DNA from: Escherichia coli
GTDB taxonomy: Bacteria; Pseudomonadota; Gammaproteobacteria; Enterobacterales; Enterobacteriaceae
Length of the DNA stretch: 64,000 nt
NCBI RefSeq assembly: GCF_024223415.1
Contig: NZ_CP100501.1
Strand: one strand, 5' to 3'
Shown: positions 9,267 to 18,867 of the stretch, piece by piece
Numbering within the stretch: position 1 is the stretch's first letter
Layout: the number at the start of each line of letters is the position of its first letter
Notes under the pieces: model-generated
The model's input: only the letters and a program-made list of their open reading frames with translations
The model's database searches: none
Told to the model about the DNA's origin: nothing
Position numbers and translations under genes: made by a program

Positions 9267-10365
9267 TGTGATTATCCTCGGTATCTGTGGCTTTCAGGAA
9301 CAGGCTGACGGTAGTGGCGTCTTTCAGGATGCCGGACGGCAGGTGCCAGCCGGTATCGGATAACACCCATGGGGTACCGCCAAAACCGAACTGGCGGAAA
9401 GCCTGGTTATTGACATCGATGGCAGCACGAGCAGCGGTCAGACACTTTTCATCCGGTGCAGCCGGTGCATCGCCGGTGGGTGCCATACCACCGTCTGCGG
9501 AATACAGCTGATGCCATCCGGTCGCCCGTTTTTGTGCGTCCGGTTCACACAGCAGTGGCGCAGTCCGGTTTGTGCTGGCCTCTCCGCCGATTACGGAGAC
9601 CGGATAAATCACCACGCTGAATTCCCGGGCCAGTTGCTTAAGCGCGGGCTCCAGAAGACGGCAGTTGATGCATGCGGGGTCAAGGAAGGCGTAGAGTGTG
9701 CGTTCATGACCAGTGGAGAGATTAATGGTGAACATACCCCGGTCCGCGTTGCGTTTAAGTACAGTGGCCAGATTACGGCGGGCTTCAGCGACCAGAGTAT
9801 TTTTGTCTGCTGTTATCGCCGGGGTAGCGGATGTCTCCTGCATTTCCTGTGATGCCGGGTGAACGATTTCATTTTTCGTCTCTGACGGGGCTACTGACCG
9901 GACAATTTCCTTGTCGATGTGTAATGGTGCTGTTTCTGTTACGGATTCTGTGACAGGTACCCTGAGAGGGGAATCGCTGTCCGGTTTCAGTAAAATATAT
10001 CCGGCTGTTACCGCTGTCAGAAGTGCCAGCACTAATCCTGCACCGTATATCAGCCCTCTCATGAAGCTGGTTTTCCGGGCAGGAAGTTCTGCATATGCCG
10101 CGCTCAGACAGCTGTCAATCGCGGAGAGCATTCTGCCGATGTGATGTCCGGGACGTTCAGTATCAACGGTATCAACAAGCAGTGTTTCGGTTATTTCACG
10201 AAAAGGGGTGCTGAAGGACAGGTGCATCAGCCTGTTATTACGGTTAATCAGTGCGCCCAGTTCTGTAACCGGCAGGATGGCAATAACCTCCTGACCACCG
10301 TCAGGGTACAGGGCGGTCAGGGACAGGTGTTTATTGTTCAGTGTTGCAGTGTAGCGGATGGTCAT
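9247..10365 (-). CDS. trbB: periplasmic thioredoxin-fold protein, DsbC-like disulfide isomerase (TrbB-like)
   Basis: CxxC motif (CINC) within LDPACINCRLLEP; TM/signal-anchor segment; start overlaps trbA stop (ATGA); true start may be internal. Confidence 0.65.
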   Translation of the reverse strand: MTIRYTATLNNKHLSLTALYPDGGQEVIAILPVTELGALINRNNRLMHLSFSTPFREITETLLVDTVDTERPGHHIGRMLSAIDSCLSAAYAELPARKTSFMRGLIYGAGLVLALLTAVTAGYILLKPDSDSPLRVPVTESVTETAPLHIDKEIVRSVAPSETKNEIVHPASQEMQETSATPAITADKNTLVAEARRNLATVLKRNADRGMFTINLSTGHERTLYAFLDPACINCRLLEPALKQLAREFSVVIYPVSVIGGEASTNRTAPLLCEPDAQKRATGWHQLYSADGGMAPTGDAPAAPDEKCLTAARAAIDVNNQAFRQFGFGGTPWVLSDTGWHLPSGILKDATTVSLFLKATDTEDNHNEPASR

Positions 10366-11696
10366 TGTGCTTTTTCCTTGTCGGCGGGATGCTGTTTTTC
10401 GGTGGTTTCGGTGGTTTCGGTGGTTTCGGTGGTTTCGGTGGTTTCGGTGGTTTCGGTGGTTTCGGTGGTTTCGGTGGTTTCACCAGTGTCAGTGTCTTCG
10501 TCGTTATCATGGCGGCGGGGTATCACGTCATCCGTGAGTGACCAGCGGGTCCTGATCTGACGTTTACGATCGCGATCTGGCTGAGGTTCGTCCCATATCA
10601 GGCCCAGCCCCAGCATGTCCCGTCGAAGCCCTTCAATGGCCTCTTCCACACAGGGTTCCGGGCAGGGGAGGCCGAGACGGCTGGCTTCATTTTCTGCCCG
10701 GGCAACGGCCACCACGCCGGCCCCTTCGATGAAGCCTTTTGTGGTGTTTGCCCGGTGAAGGGCATAGAAGAGCGTCCGGTCAACGCCCTTGAGCCACAGC
10801 CAGTTCGGAGGCGTCAGGCGCAAATCATGTGCGTAAAGCCAGACCAGACCGCTGCGAACGTAACGGTGCTGCCTGAGCCACTTTTGTGCGCCTTCTGTTT
10901 TGATGACCCGGATAAAGGCGTTTCTGGCCAGTGAATACACCGGCGTGCTGAAACGCCCCTGGTCCCGTTTACTTTTGAGCCTGCAGGAGAGATTGAGGTT
11001 GTTCATCAGGGCTACCGCTGCTTTCCGGTCACCGAGGAAGAACTGCAGGCCAAAGATGGCAAAGAGCGCTTTTTCATGTGGGGCCATGTCTTTCCAGCTG
11101 GTCAGTGGTTGCCCCAGTTGCGCCATGAAGCACTGGCGTGTGGACGCAACATCGAGCTGCATGTTGCGGATAAGGTTGTTCTGCTCCACAAAGGCTTCGG
11201 GGGTTAGTGCGACACGGCGCTCGGGACGTTTTTGTCCGTGGAAGAGTCTGTTGTTGTCTCCGTCAGCCAGAACGGGGGCGATCGCCGGTGACAGAGCTGA
11301 AAAAATATGGGGCAGTGTGTGGATATTCAGTGGCCTGCGGGTAAAACGGGGCTGGGCCGGATGGTGAAACCACATCCACAGAAAGCCGAATGTCATGGGA
11401 AGCAGAATCAGCCAGAGGATCCCCACTGTCCGGGACATAACATCCAGCCACTGGCTGAAAGTGATGGTTGCCGCGTTGTTAGCAGTGATGGCCAGCAGGT
11501 TGTAACGGGGGACGGCAAAGTTGTGAAAGGGCCCCCAGTCAATCATGCCCCACAGTGTGTGCAGGATCAGGCAGGAGGCGAAGACGATTTCAGGTAAAAA
11601 GCGCCAGATGATAATCGCAAAGAGCAGGCATATGGCACCGACGATATACCATATAGCCATTGGATCTTCGGCGGCAGACGTCTGTTGGTAAGACAC
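10362..11696 (-). CDS. trbA: TrbA-like inner-membrane transfer protein (DotM/IcmP-like partner of the coupling protein) with C-terminal TTE tandem repeat
   Basis: 444-aa product with N-terminal TM helices; gene order trbA-trbB-trbC; C-terminus contains (TTE)x9 encoded by a 9-bp repeat. Confidence 0.6.
   Translation of the reverse strand: MSYQQTSAAEDPMAIWYIVGAICLLFAIIIWRFLPEIVFASCLILHTLWGMIDWGPFHNFAVPRYNLLAITANNAATITFSQWLDVMSRTVGILWLILLPMTFGFLWMWFHHPAQPRFTRRPLNIHTLPHIFSALSPAIAPVLADGDNNRLFHGQKRPERRVALTPEAFVEQNNLIRNMQLDVASTRQCFMAQLGQPLTSWKDMAPHEKALFAIFGLQFFLGDRKAAVALMNNLNLSCRLKSKRDQGRFSTPVYSLARNAFIRVIKTEGAQKWLRQHRYVRSGLVWLYAHDLRLTPPNWLWLKGVDRTLFYALHRANTTKGFIEGAGVVAVARAENEASRLGLPCPEPCVEEAIEGLRRDMLGLGLIWDEPQPDRDRKRQIRTRWSLTDDVIPRRHDNDEDTDTGETTETTETTETTETTETTETTETTETTEKQHPADKEKAQ
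10401..10481. repeat. 9-bp tandem repeat GGTGGTTTC x9 (encodes ETT/TTE repeats at the TrbA C-terminus on the minus strand)
   Basis: Read directly from sequence. Confidence 0.85.
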
Positions 11697-11847
11697 GGGG
11701 ATTCCTCCATAGATGAATGGATAAATTTCGGGATTAAGTCGGGTGGCATGAATGCGAATCAGCGCCGGTAATAACCGGACAGGAATGAATTCAACAGGAC
11801 ATTTTTACAGAGAAGAGCGAACGGCAGAAGGTGGTGGGAGACAGGTA

Positions 11848-11879
11848 CAAAAAAACCGACTGGTGAGGCCGGTTTTTTT
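11848..11879. terminator. possible bidirectional terminator-like hairpin between the nuclease gene and trbA
   Basis: AAAAAACCG ... CGGTTTTTTT inverted repeat with A/T runs on both sides; weak call. Confidence 0.25.
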
Positions 11880-12478
11880 GCGATTCCGGGGTGGAGTTGG
11901 TGGCTCTGACCGGAGGAAGTCTCTTTTCAGCTAACAATGAGAGAGCTGTTGTGACAGGCAATGTAAGAGTAAGCAGCAGTGATTTCCTCCATTGACGGAG
12001 AAACGGATGATTAACCTGTTAATCATCGTTCTCAGGGCGGTTGTTGCTGTGGCTAACGCAGTGATAGCTCTCCGGGAACTGGTTGACTGATAATCCCGGA
12101 AACGTACTTAAGGGCAGAGGGTCACCTCCTTCTGCCCTTTAACAAAATATGCTCAGGTTAAAAATCGAAAACCTTCCTGCACTTCCTGTGCCTGTTCCCG
12201 TGAGCCAAACATGAGCCGGCTTTTACCCGGAACTCCCCAGGAAATATATTCTACATCCACCCACCATTTTCCGTATTCTTCATACGGTCCGGATATCACT
12301 TTAGTGACAAATGCATCAATCAGGTTCATTTTTACACCTTTCTGTTATTCTGCTTATTACGACCAGCAGACAGCAAATATTAAAAATAACGCGGCGGTAA
12401 AAATGGCAATTTTTTTCATGCTGTATTTTTGCCATTTATTTTCTTTGAAATGGTTTTTTTCTTCATATCAGCAAATAA

Positions 12479-12946
12479 TTATTTCTTATTCTGTTTTCTC
12501 CAGGTCCATGGTGGTACCGGATTTTTATCTGCCCATAATCCCCGCTTCAGGGCGCGGGCATCACGCTGGAGCGGCGGGAGAGTATAGTCATTATTGTAGT
12601 CCGGGTACACCCAGGCAGCGCCGTTACGGACCTGCCAGCGATTTGCTTCTGTGCCGTCAGCGGTATAGACCCGGCCGAGAATACGGCCATACCTGTCTGT
12701 CTGCGCGTATTGCACGGTTACGGGCTTTCCGGCCACCAGGTCCTTCAGCTGAGTGGCTGACCAGCGTCCAAAGGGCTGTTTCTTTTCCGGTGCATCAATA
12801 TTAGCCAGACGGACCCTGACAGGCTTTTTGTCCTGTAATATTTCCAGCGTATCACCATCAAGAACGCGGATGACGTGCCCCTGAATCTGTGCGGCACAGA
12901 GAGAAGCGGAAAAAATAATGGTGAGTGAAAAGATATATTTTATCAT
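12479..12946 (-). CDS. secreted thermonuclease (staphylococcal nuclease/SNase-like)
   Basis: Signal peptide MIKYIFSLTIIFSASLCAA; SNase-type motifs LDGDT, NIDAPE, DRYGRILG and C-terminal GLW. Confidence 0.8.
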   Translation of the reverse strand: MIKYIFSLTIIFSASLCAAQIQGHVIRVLDGDTLEILQDKKPVRVRLANIDAPEKKQPFGRWSATQLKDLVAGKPVTVQYAQTDRYGRILGRVYTADGTEANRWQVRNGAAWVYPDYNNDYTLPPLQRDARALKRGLWADKNPVPPWTWRKQNKK

Positions 12947-13048
12947 TTCATCGTCTCCTTTTTATTTATGAAAACAGGTGCAATTAATATTGCGAAATAA
13001 TAACGTTCAGGTGTGTTTTTTTTGGCAGTGTGATACTTCACGCAGGGC

Positions 13049-13729
13049 ATGAATTCCAGTACGCTGATATCCGTGATGATACGGCAACAGATATCCGGTG
13101 ACGGTATGCAGGAACATATTGATTATCAGATTGAGAAATATCAGTTCAGGGCCAGGAATGAGTCACCGCGACTGATGCGCCAGTGGGAAGATGTCATGCG
13201 TGAATGCCGTGATACCGGAGCAGGAGCCAGGGAGCGGCTGCGGATTGCCTTACTTAATGTTGATTATGTGACCAGTTTTGAACTGCCGTTTCGTCTGCTG
13301 TTAACCCGGACACCGCAGATGATTGACAGCGTGCGGCGGGAATGGCAGCTCAGCCAGAAAAAAGTCGTATTCAATGAGCGGCAGCGGGGATGTGTATACA
13401 GTCTGCAGAATGACTTATCCGGCGTGCCGGATAGCTTCAGTTACAGTCTTGCGACGCGAATACGGCGGGTGGACAGCTATGGCATGACGACGCGTTGTTT
13501 CACTGATATAGCCGGGCAGGTTAAAGCCCCGACAGCACGGCTGAAACTGGCGCTGGAAAGCGGGTTAATTGTCACCGCGCTGGATGGTCTGTTCTGGCTT
13601 GGTATTCAGCGTATTGCCGCAGATGTGCAGCGGCTGCGTCAGTCCGGAATGACAATCATCACCCGGGATGTTGAGGTCTCAGACTCGCTGACCGGAACCA
13701 CACGGGTTGTTTCCGGGTACAGACTTTGA
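13049..13729 (+). CDS. hypothetical protein (226 aa), only sizeable plus-strand ORF in this part of the backbone
   Basis: Long ORF with non-repetitive composition; no family recognised; start codon uncertain. Confidence 0.4.
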   Translation: MNSSTLISVMIRQQISGDGMQEHIDYQIEKYQFRARNESPRLMRQWEDVMRECRDTGAGARERLRIALLNVDYVTSFELPFRLLLTRTPQMIDSVRREWQLSQKKVVFNERQRGCVYSLQNDLSGVPDSFSYSLATRIRRVDSYGMTTRCFTDIAGQVKAPTARLKLALESGLIVTALDGLFWLGIQRIAADVQRLRQSGMTIITRDVEVSDSLTGTTRVVSGYRL

Positions 13730-13930
13730 TTTATGCAACAAAGTATCGCAGCGTCGAATATGAGCTATGGCCAGATTTTTGTTAATCGTGGTTGTTGCAA
13801 CATGTAAGGCGAATGACCACACTATTCTGGTACGCTCGTAATCACGCTGAAATTCTGCTTCCTGTCCTGCCGTGATGAGTTCCGACCAGGACATACGGCG
13901 AAGTGTATGTCTGTCAGTAATATCCGTCAT
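13679..13930 (-). CDS. hypothetical protein (83 aa), member of a translationally coupled small-ORF array
   Basis: Start overlaps the stop of the upstream ORF (ATGA at 13927..13930). Confidence 0.4.
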   Translation of the reverse strand: MTDITDRHTLRRMSWSELITAGQEAEFQRDYERTRIVWSFALHVATTTINKNLAIAHIRRCDTLLHKSKSVPGNNPCGSGQRV

Positions 13931-14142
13931 GAGCTCTCAGCCTCCTCCTTCGTATTTCCGTCAGAAACACAAACGCCCCGCAGAGAAAATTCGCCAACAT
14001 TCTCCTTTTTAATGGCGCGCAATGCATCGCGGCAGGCCCGTTCGGTATGAAAGGCCTGGCTGTGCACCGCCAGTGTGGGCTGACGGGCATCACCGGAAGA
14101 GACATTAAAGGGCGATGAAAGCCAGAAAATCAGTAGCCACAT
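13927..14142 (-). CDS. hypothetical small protein (71 aa) with signal-peptide-like N-terminus
   Basis: N-terminus MWLLIFWLSSPFNVSSG; closely spaced with neighbours. Confidence 0.4.
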   Translation of the reverse strand: MWLLIFWLSSPFNVSSGDARQPTLAVHSQAFHTERACRDALRAIKKENVGEFSLRGVCVSDGNTKEEAESS

Positions 14143-14145
14143 GCG

Positions 14146-14529
14146 TCACACCTCGTCCTTTTTATGCGGGTATCTGGACAGAATATTGAGCGCCTGTAAT
14201 GGCGCTTCATGCATTTCACGGATACAACGGGCATCGGTGATATTTTCCCGGTAATGTGTGGTTTCCAGCATCATATGATGCATATGGAGCATCCGGGCCA
14301 GGGCTGCGCGGAGTTCTTCAATATGTTGTTCATGGGAATGCTGGCGGGGCTGTATCCGGCAGAGAGGGATAACCTCCACATCATCCGGGTGCGCGCGAAG
14401 CCACGCGTCAGTGACTGCAATGTCGTCAGTGTAAAACCATGTGCCGGATGTCCCGTTGGCCAGAAAACGCATTTTCCAGGCTTCTGGGGTGGCGGTTGTG
14501 TTGTTATCTTTCATGGTGCCACCACTCAT
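14146..14529 (-). CDS. hypothetical protein (127 aa)
   Basis: ORF with start overlapping the stop of the upstream ORF (14526..14529). Confidence 0.45.
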   Translation of the reverse strand: MSGGTMKDNNTTATPEAWKMRFLANGTSGTWFYTDDIAVTDAWLRAHPDDVEVIPLCRIQPRQHSHEQHIEELRAALARMLHMHHMMLETTHYRENITDARCIREMHEAPLQALNILSRYPHKKDEV

Positions 14530-14717
14530 TCAACAGGCTTAATGCTGTCCAGGCGCAGTCTGCTCAGACTGTCGTGGCTGCCACAGCGGCGTCCAGTGCT
14601 TTTGCTGTAGCACTCCTGCCCCCTGATACACCATGCCGTTGGCGTTTCGTAGAGGCTGACACGTCGGGTTTTATCTTTAATGATGAGAAGCCCGGTGTGA
14701 GTTTTTGTCTTTTTCAT
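14526..14717 (-). CDS. hypothetical small protein (63 aa)
   Basis: First ORF of the coupled array; lysine-rich. Confidence 0.35.
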   Translation of the reverse strand: MKKTKTHTGLLIIKDKTRRVSLYETPTAWCIRGQECYSKSTGRRCGSHDSLSRLRLDSIKPVE

Positions 14718-14971
14718 CGGTGGGGTACAAACGCAGAAATTTTGTTGTCATTACATCATCAGTTTTAGCCTGCAGAGACGCTGAAAAATCAGCGTTTTCA
14801 GACCCTGTTCAGGTTAGTGAATATTCTTGCCTGGCCTTTCGGCAATATCAATCCCCTGATGTGTGCACACGTAGTCACTTTCCGGCTTTATTTCTGTCCC
14901 TGACACAAAATACGTGGTGGCATGAAAAGGATTGTGGCGGACAGGAAAACGATTAGAATAGCGGCGGGCGC

Positions 14972-15265
14972 TTGAGGCTGTATGCCGAAAGCGTTTTGTG
15001 GACGGCATGTAGCAGAAAGCCCCAGGCGATTTTTTTATCAATCAACCCAGGGCCCACTGTAATGCCTAGACAACATTATAGTAGCCCGATGACGGCCGAA
15101 AGGCAATGGAGGGGCTGCGATGCCACAACGAACGTTTTTAATGATGTTAATCGTCGTCTGTGTGACGATACTGTGTTTTGTCTGGATGGTGAGGGATTCG
15201 CTTTGCGGATTTCGTATCGAGCAGGGAAATACGGTGCTTGTGGCAACGTTAGCCTACGAAGTTAA
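14972..15265 (+). CDS. pndC: pndC/mok-like leader reading frame overlapping the Hok-type toxin gene
   Basis: ORF in a different frame that overlaps pndA almost completely, as in hok/mok and pndA/pndC loci; start uncertain. Confidence 0.5.
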   Translation: MRLYAESVLWTACSRKPQAIFLSINPGPTVMPRQHYSSPMTAERQWRGCDATTNVFNDVNRRLCDDTVFCLDGEGFALRISYRAGKYGACGNVSLRS

Positions 15266-15272
15266 ACGTTAA
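15120..15272 (+). CDS. pndA: Hok/Gef-family type I toxin PndA (50 aa)
   Basis: Translated by hand: MPQRTFLMMLIVVCVTILCFVWMVRDSLCGFRIEQGNTVLVATLAYEVKR; not in the ORF track because it is short. Confidence 0.85.
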   Translation: MPQRTFLMMLIVVCVTILCFVWMVRDSLCGFRIEQGNTVLVATLAYEVKR

Positions 15273-15409
15273 CGGGCAACACGGCGGTAGAGAATCTGCC
15301 GCCGGATTGTTGCGAAGGCTGACCTCAATGCGCCTTGTTTGTCTTTTTTACCGGACGACTGCTGGTTGCTGCTGTCCGGCAGCTATTATTTTTTCCGTCC
15401 TGTGCGTCA

Positions 15410-15625
15410 TCAATTATGACAGTCGCTCTCATTTAGTTGTCTCTGGTTAGATGTATTATTATATATTTTCGGGGTAATTCGATAAAAGTTATCCACTTCA
15501 GCACCAGACTGAATGATATATGCAATAAGATCTAAACGATGAATCTCGTATCGTGTACGTAACTCCATTATTTCACGCCATGGAGTACCATGTCGTGCTG
15601 GAAAATTGCTGCGGGATTCAGACAT
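15410..15625 (-). CDS. hypothetical small protein in the AT-rich stretch downstream of excA
   Basis: ORF only; position corresponds to where I would expect an excB-like gene; weak. Confidence 0.25.
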   Translation of the reverse strand: MSESRSNFPARHGTPWREIMELRTRYEIHRLDLIAYIIQSGAEVDNFYRITPKIYNNTSNQRQLNESDCHN

Positions 15626-15898
15626 GATTTTATCTTTATGTTTTCTAGGTACTGCCTTGAGTGTGTGGATATGATAATTATTTATAATGATATTGTTATC
15701 TTTTATAGATAACTGATATGCAGAATTGTATTGATTTTGTCTACAGTGGGCAAGACAGTGCTAAGAATTTGTGGGGAAAACATAGAGACTCCATGCTGCG
15801 TCCTGAGATAGACGGCAGACAGGCATTCTGCCTGAAAAGAAAAAGCCGGTTCAGAGAAAACCGGCTGACGGATTATCGTCTAACAGTTGATAGCTACC

Positions 15899-16546
15899 TC
15901 AAAATACTTCTGCAACAGGAACACCGGCAACTTTTTCCCACTCTTTAACCCGATACCGGATCATCTGTGGGAAACGTTCCTTGTACTCATATCCACGTGC
16001 AGCCATGGTGTGCATGGTGTTGGCCAGCGTCCTTGCTGAGATGCCGGAGATCTCAAGAGGAATCATCGGCAGACTCACATAGGTGGTGTGGATTTCCAGC
16101 TTGCCGTCCTCAGCAACCGTGCGGGTAAAGTTGTGAATATCCAGACCAATCACATCCATCACATTGTTTGGATAAATACGCACATACAGCATGGTGCCGT
16201 TTTTAATGTCGATCCCGAAATAACAACTCTTCGAGAATGACAGTTGCTCATAATCGCTGGTCGGCGCAAAGGGACTGCTTTCTTTTATCTGCTGAACAAC
16301 CTGCTGGACTTTCTTTTTCTTCGCCCTGGTTCTTAGATATAGCCAGAGTAATGGGAGGATAATCAGCGTTGAACATCCATATGTTATCATATAGATATTA
16401 GGGGAGGAGTATCTGGCGTAGCTAATACTTAATGTACCTAATATTGCATATATTAATAGGAATGGTATTCCAATAATAAAATAAGCATTGCGGATCAGGT
16501 AATAATATGCCCACCAGGAAGGATATCTGTTTTTTGTTGTACTCAT
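15899..16546 (-). CDS. excA: entry-exclusion ExcA-like inner-membrane protein
   Basis: 215-aa product with N-terminal TM helices, AT-rich gene immediately downstream of traY as in R64 (recalled). Confidence 0.6.
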   Translation of the reverse strand: MSTTKNRYPSWWAYYYLIRNAYFIIGIPFLLIYAILGTLSISYARYSSPNIYMITYGCSTLIILPLLWLYLRTRAKKKKVQQVVQQIKESSPFAPTSDYEQLSFSKSCYFGIDIKNGTMLYVRIYPNNVMDVIGLDIHNFTRTVAEDGKLEIHTTYVSLPMIPLEISGISARTLANTMHTMAARGYEYKERFPQMIRYRVKEWEKVAGVPVAEVF

Positions 16547-16633
16547 AATAAACCTCCATATTCACCTGAATGTATTTTAATCTCTTCAGGTGAATATGGC
16601 AATGGTATTTTAGTGGTTTTTCGATATTTTCAT

Positions 16634-18793
16634 TTATTGTTTTATTCCGTCTTTATCATCTCTATTAATATTTTTCAGTTTTTCTTCACGAACGCCAGGT
16701 GTTCTGCGCATATTGGTATTACCTCCGGCAATAATATCTTTGACGGATGAAACCATATTCCCCAGCATATTAACACCGTCACGTCCGCCCAGAAAATTAA
16801 TCACATGGTCAGGCAGATAAGCCTGAAGCGCAAAAACGGCCGCAACCAGCGTGGTACAGACTCGGGCATAAATCAGCAAAAATCCTGCCATGCTGAATAG
16901 CCCCGTCAGGGAGTCTGTCTGTACATTGGCCAGTGCAGCTCCAAACAACGAATTTAGAATGGTTCCGGCAGCAATGATAGCGACTGACGCAAAGAAGAAC
17001 CCGAATACCATCAGCAGCGGTCTGATCATGCTGTCTATCAGGTAGATGTAACCGTAAGCGGCCCGGCTTCCCCGGTCCTGGCTTGTTCCCAGGTGGGTGG
17101 CCGCCCAGAGGGGGCCAGCAGCACATCCAATCAGCACGCTGACTATCCAGTTACCAATGCCGGTCATCCAGAAGATAAACGGAATAAACGGCAGGTAAAT
17201 GGATAACGAAAAGCCGGCACAGAACAGCAAAAACAGCAGGAAGTAGAGCGGTGGAGCGGCTGCTTCCATAAAAGCCTTTGCAGCCTCAGGTAAGCCCGTA
17301 ACGGTATTAACCAGCCGACCAAAAATGGAGTTGCTGCCGGCAGTCGAAAGCACCCTGACTGTGGTATAACCCGCCCAGATGCTTTCAGTAATGCCCATAG
17401 TGTAATCACCGATATTTTTCATTTTTATCAGTGGGTTTAGTTGGTCAGTGGTTGTGCCGGTTTTTGTAAAGATTGTTGCTACATTATTTGTAAGTTCTAC
17501 TCCAGGAATTGAACTTAAAATAGCACTTTGCGGATCGTTACTGCCTGCGCTGTTATATTCATTTGCTGATTTTAATGTTCCCAGTGCAGGAGTATACGTT
17601 GAGTTCTGTAGCTGTGCCTGGTAAGCCCCCTTGACTTCCTTCAGGAACTCCGTATCCCCGGCTTCGCCCAGTGACGAGACGCCACTCACAGTAGGAGCGC
17701 GGTTGGCCAGGTCTTCCAGTCGCTGGTTGGCGGTGGCAAAGGTCTGGTACCAGGCGCCCAGGGCAACCCAGCCGTAGGTGGTCAGGTAGGATTTCAGCTG
17801 CTCCCTGCGCTCAGTTTCTGCGTTATCTGCCGGCAACGCCTTCTGCACCGTTTCTTCATACCGGTTGGCAGCCTTCTGAATACGGCTTTCAATATCCGGC
17901 AGGTTGCCGTTACCCGTGTCGCGTCGGGTCCGGTACGCTGACACAAATTCCTGCGCCGCGCTGTCCAGGTCACGGAGCATGGTATCCATGGCGGAGCGCT
18001 GTGCCGTCAGAACCCCCTGATATTCCGTTTCAATGAAGGGATTGAAAAAATGGGCCAGCGCGGACTGCTTGTTACTGCCGTTTCCTTTCACGGAGAGACT
18101 CACACTCCCGCAGGTGGCGCTGCCATTTGAGACGGTGACGGTATATCTGCCATTCTCTGTCCGTGAGGATTCGCTCATGGGCGGCGTTGATGAACGTGCG
18201 GTACGGTTAAAGTCATCGAGGCCCGTATTCATGGCGTGTTTGCACAGTTCCATCTCCAGTATTCCCCGTGCTGCCGTGCGGGTGGAGACATGTACTGGCT
18301 GTACGGTCATTGAATAGCCTTCAGCGATGTTTTCTGCCGCTGTCTGAACCATGATATTGGCGGAACCGATGCCCATGATGGATGCGCCCCACAGCATGAC
18401 CAGTTGTGCCAGACTCCAGCCGGAAGCGGTGGGCACAATCATCATAAAACCGCTCACAATACTGAGCATTCCGACGACGTCCCGTCCGTTGTTAAAGACA
18501 TTGCCCTGGTGTCCCGTGCGGACAGCATGACGGATACCAATAAACAGAAACCAGACTATCCCCATCGTGGCGATAATTGCGTTAAACACCATGAACAGGT
18601 TGCCAATGATGGTGTTGCTGCTGGCTGTCAGGGGATTTGTGACCACATCACCAAAAATGGTGACCAGTGCCTGGCGCGACAGGTCATCCGGATTGGTGGC
18701 GGCACTCACAATGTCCTGATAGGTGACGAAAGCCTGTGCAGGTACGGCAGCCAGCGCCAGACCTGCACTCAGTGCTCTGGGTATGATTTTCAC
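16634..18793 (-). CDS. traY: TraY, polytopic inner-membrane protein (DotA-like) of the type IVB system
   Basis: 719-aa multi-TM product; position between traX and excA; size close to recalled R64 TraY. Confidence 0.7.
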   Translation of the reverse strand: MKIIPRALSAGLALAAVPAQAFVTYQDIVSAATNPDDLSRQALVTIFGDVVTNPLTASSNTIIGNLFMVFNAIIATMGIVWFLFIGIRHAVRTGHQGNVFNNGRDVVGMLSIVSGFMMIVPTASGWSLAQLVMLWGASIMGIGSANIMVQTAAENIAEGYSMTVQPVHVSTRTAARGILEMELCKHAMNTGLDDFNRTARSSTPPMSESSRTENGRYTVTVSNGSATCGSVSLSVKGNGSNKQSALAHFFNPFIETEYQGVLTAQRSAMDTMLRDLDSAAQEFVSAYRTRRDTGNGNLPDIESRIQKAANRYEETVQKALPADNAETERREQLKSYLTTYGWVALGAWYQTFATANQRLEDLANRAPTVSGVSSLGEAGDTEFLKEVKGAYQAQLQNSTYTPALGTLKSANEYNSAGSNDPQSAILSSIPGVELTNNVATIFTKTGTTTDQLNPLIKMKNIGDYTMGITESIWAGYTTVRVLSTAGSNSIFGRLVNTVTGLPEAAKAFMEAAAPPLYFLLFLLFCAGFSLSIYLPFIPFIFWMTGIGNWIVSVLIGCAAGPLWAATHLGTSQDRGSRAAYGYIYLIDSMIRPLLMVFGFFFASVAIIAAGTILNSLFGAALANVQTDSLTGLFSMAGFLLIYARVCTTLVAAVFALQAYLPDHVINFLGGRDGVNMLGNMVSSVKDIIAGGNTNMRRTPGVREEKLKNINRDDKDGIKQ

Positions 18794-18867
18794 GGTAACT
18801 CCGGAACCGAAGGGGATGCCCGGGCATCAGCCCCCGGAATGAGGAAAAGAAATTGCAGACCGGACGG

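Noticed and set aside
10341-10541. Plus-strand ORF encoding a glycine-rich GFGGFGG repeat peptide
   Set aside because: It is the opposite-strand reading of the 9-bp trbA tandem repeat; it lies wholly inside trbA and has no independent support.
12211-12804. 197-aa plus-strand ORF overlapping the nuclease gene
   Set aside because: It is antisense to a well-supported SNase-like CDS with a signal peptide and catalytic motifs; its product has no recognisable features.
15283-15298. ops-like motif GGCGGTAGAGAA resembling the RfaH recruitment element GGCGGTAGnnTG
   Set aside because: Only a partial match, on the plus strand downstream of pndA and pointing away from the minus-strand tra and pil operons that the NusG-like regulator would control; I found no full ops element by eye in the pil or tra leaders, but a systematic scan is needed.
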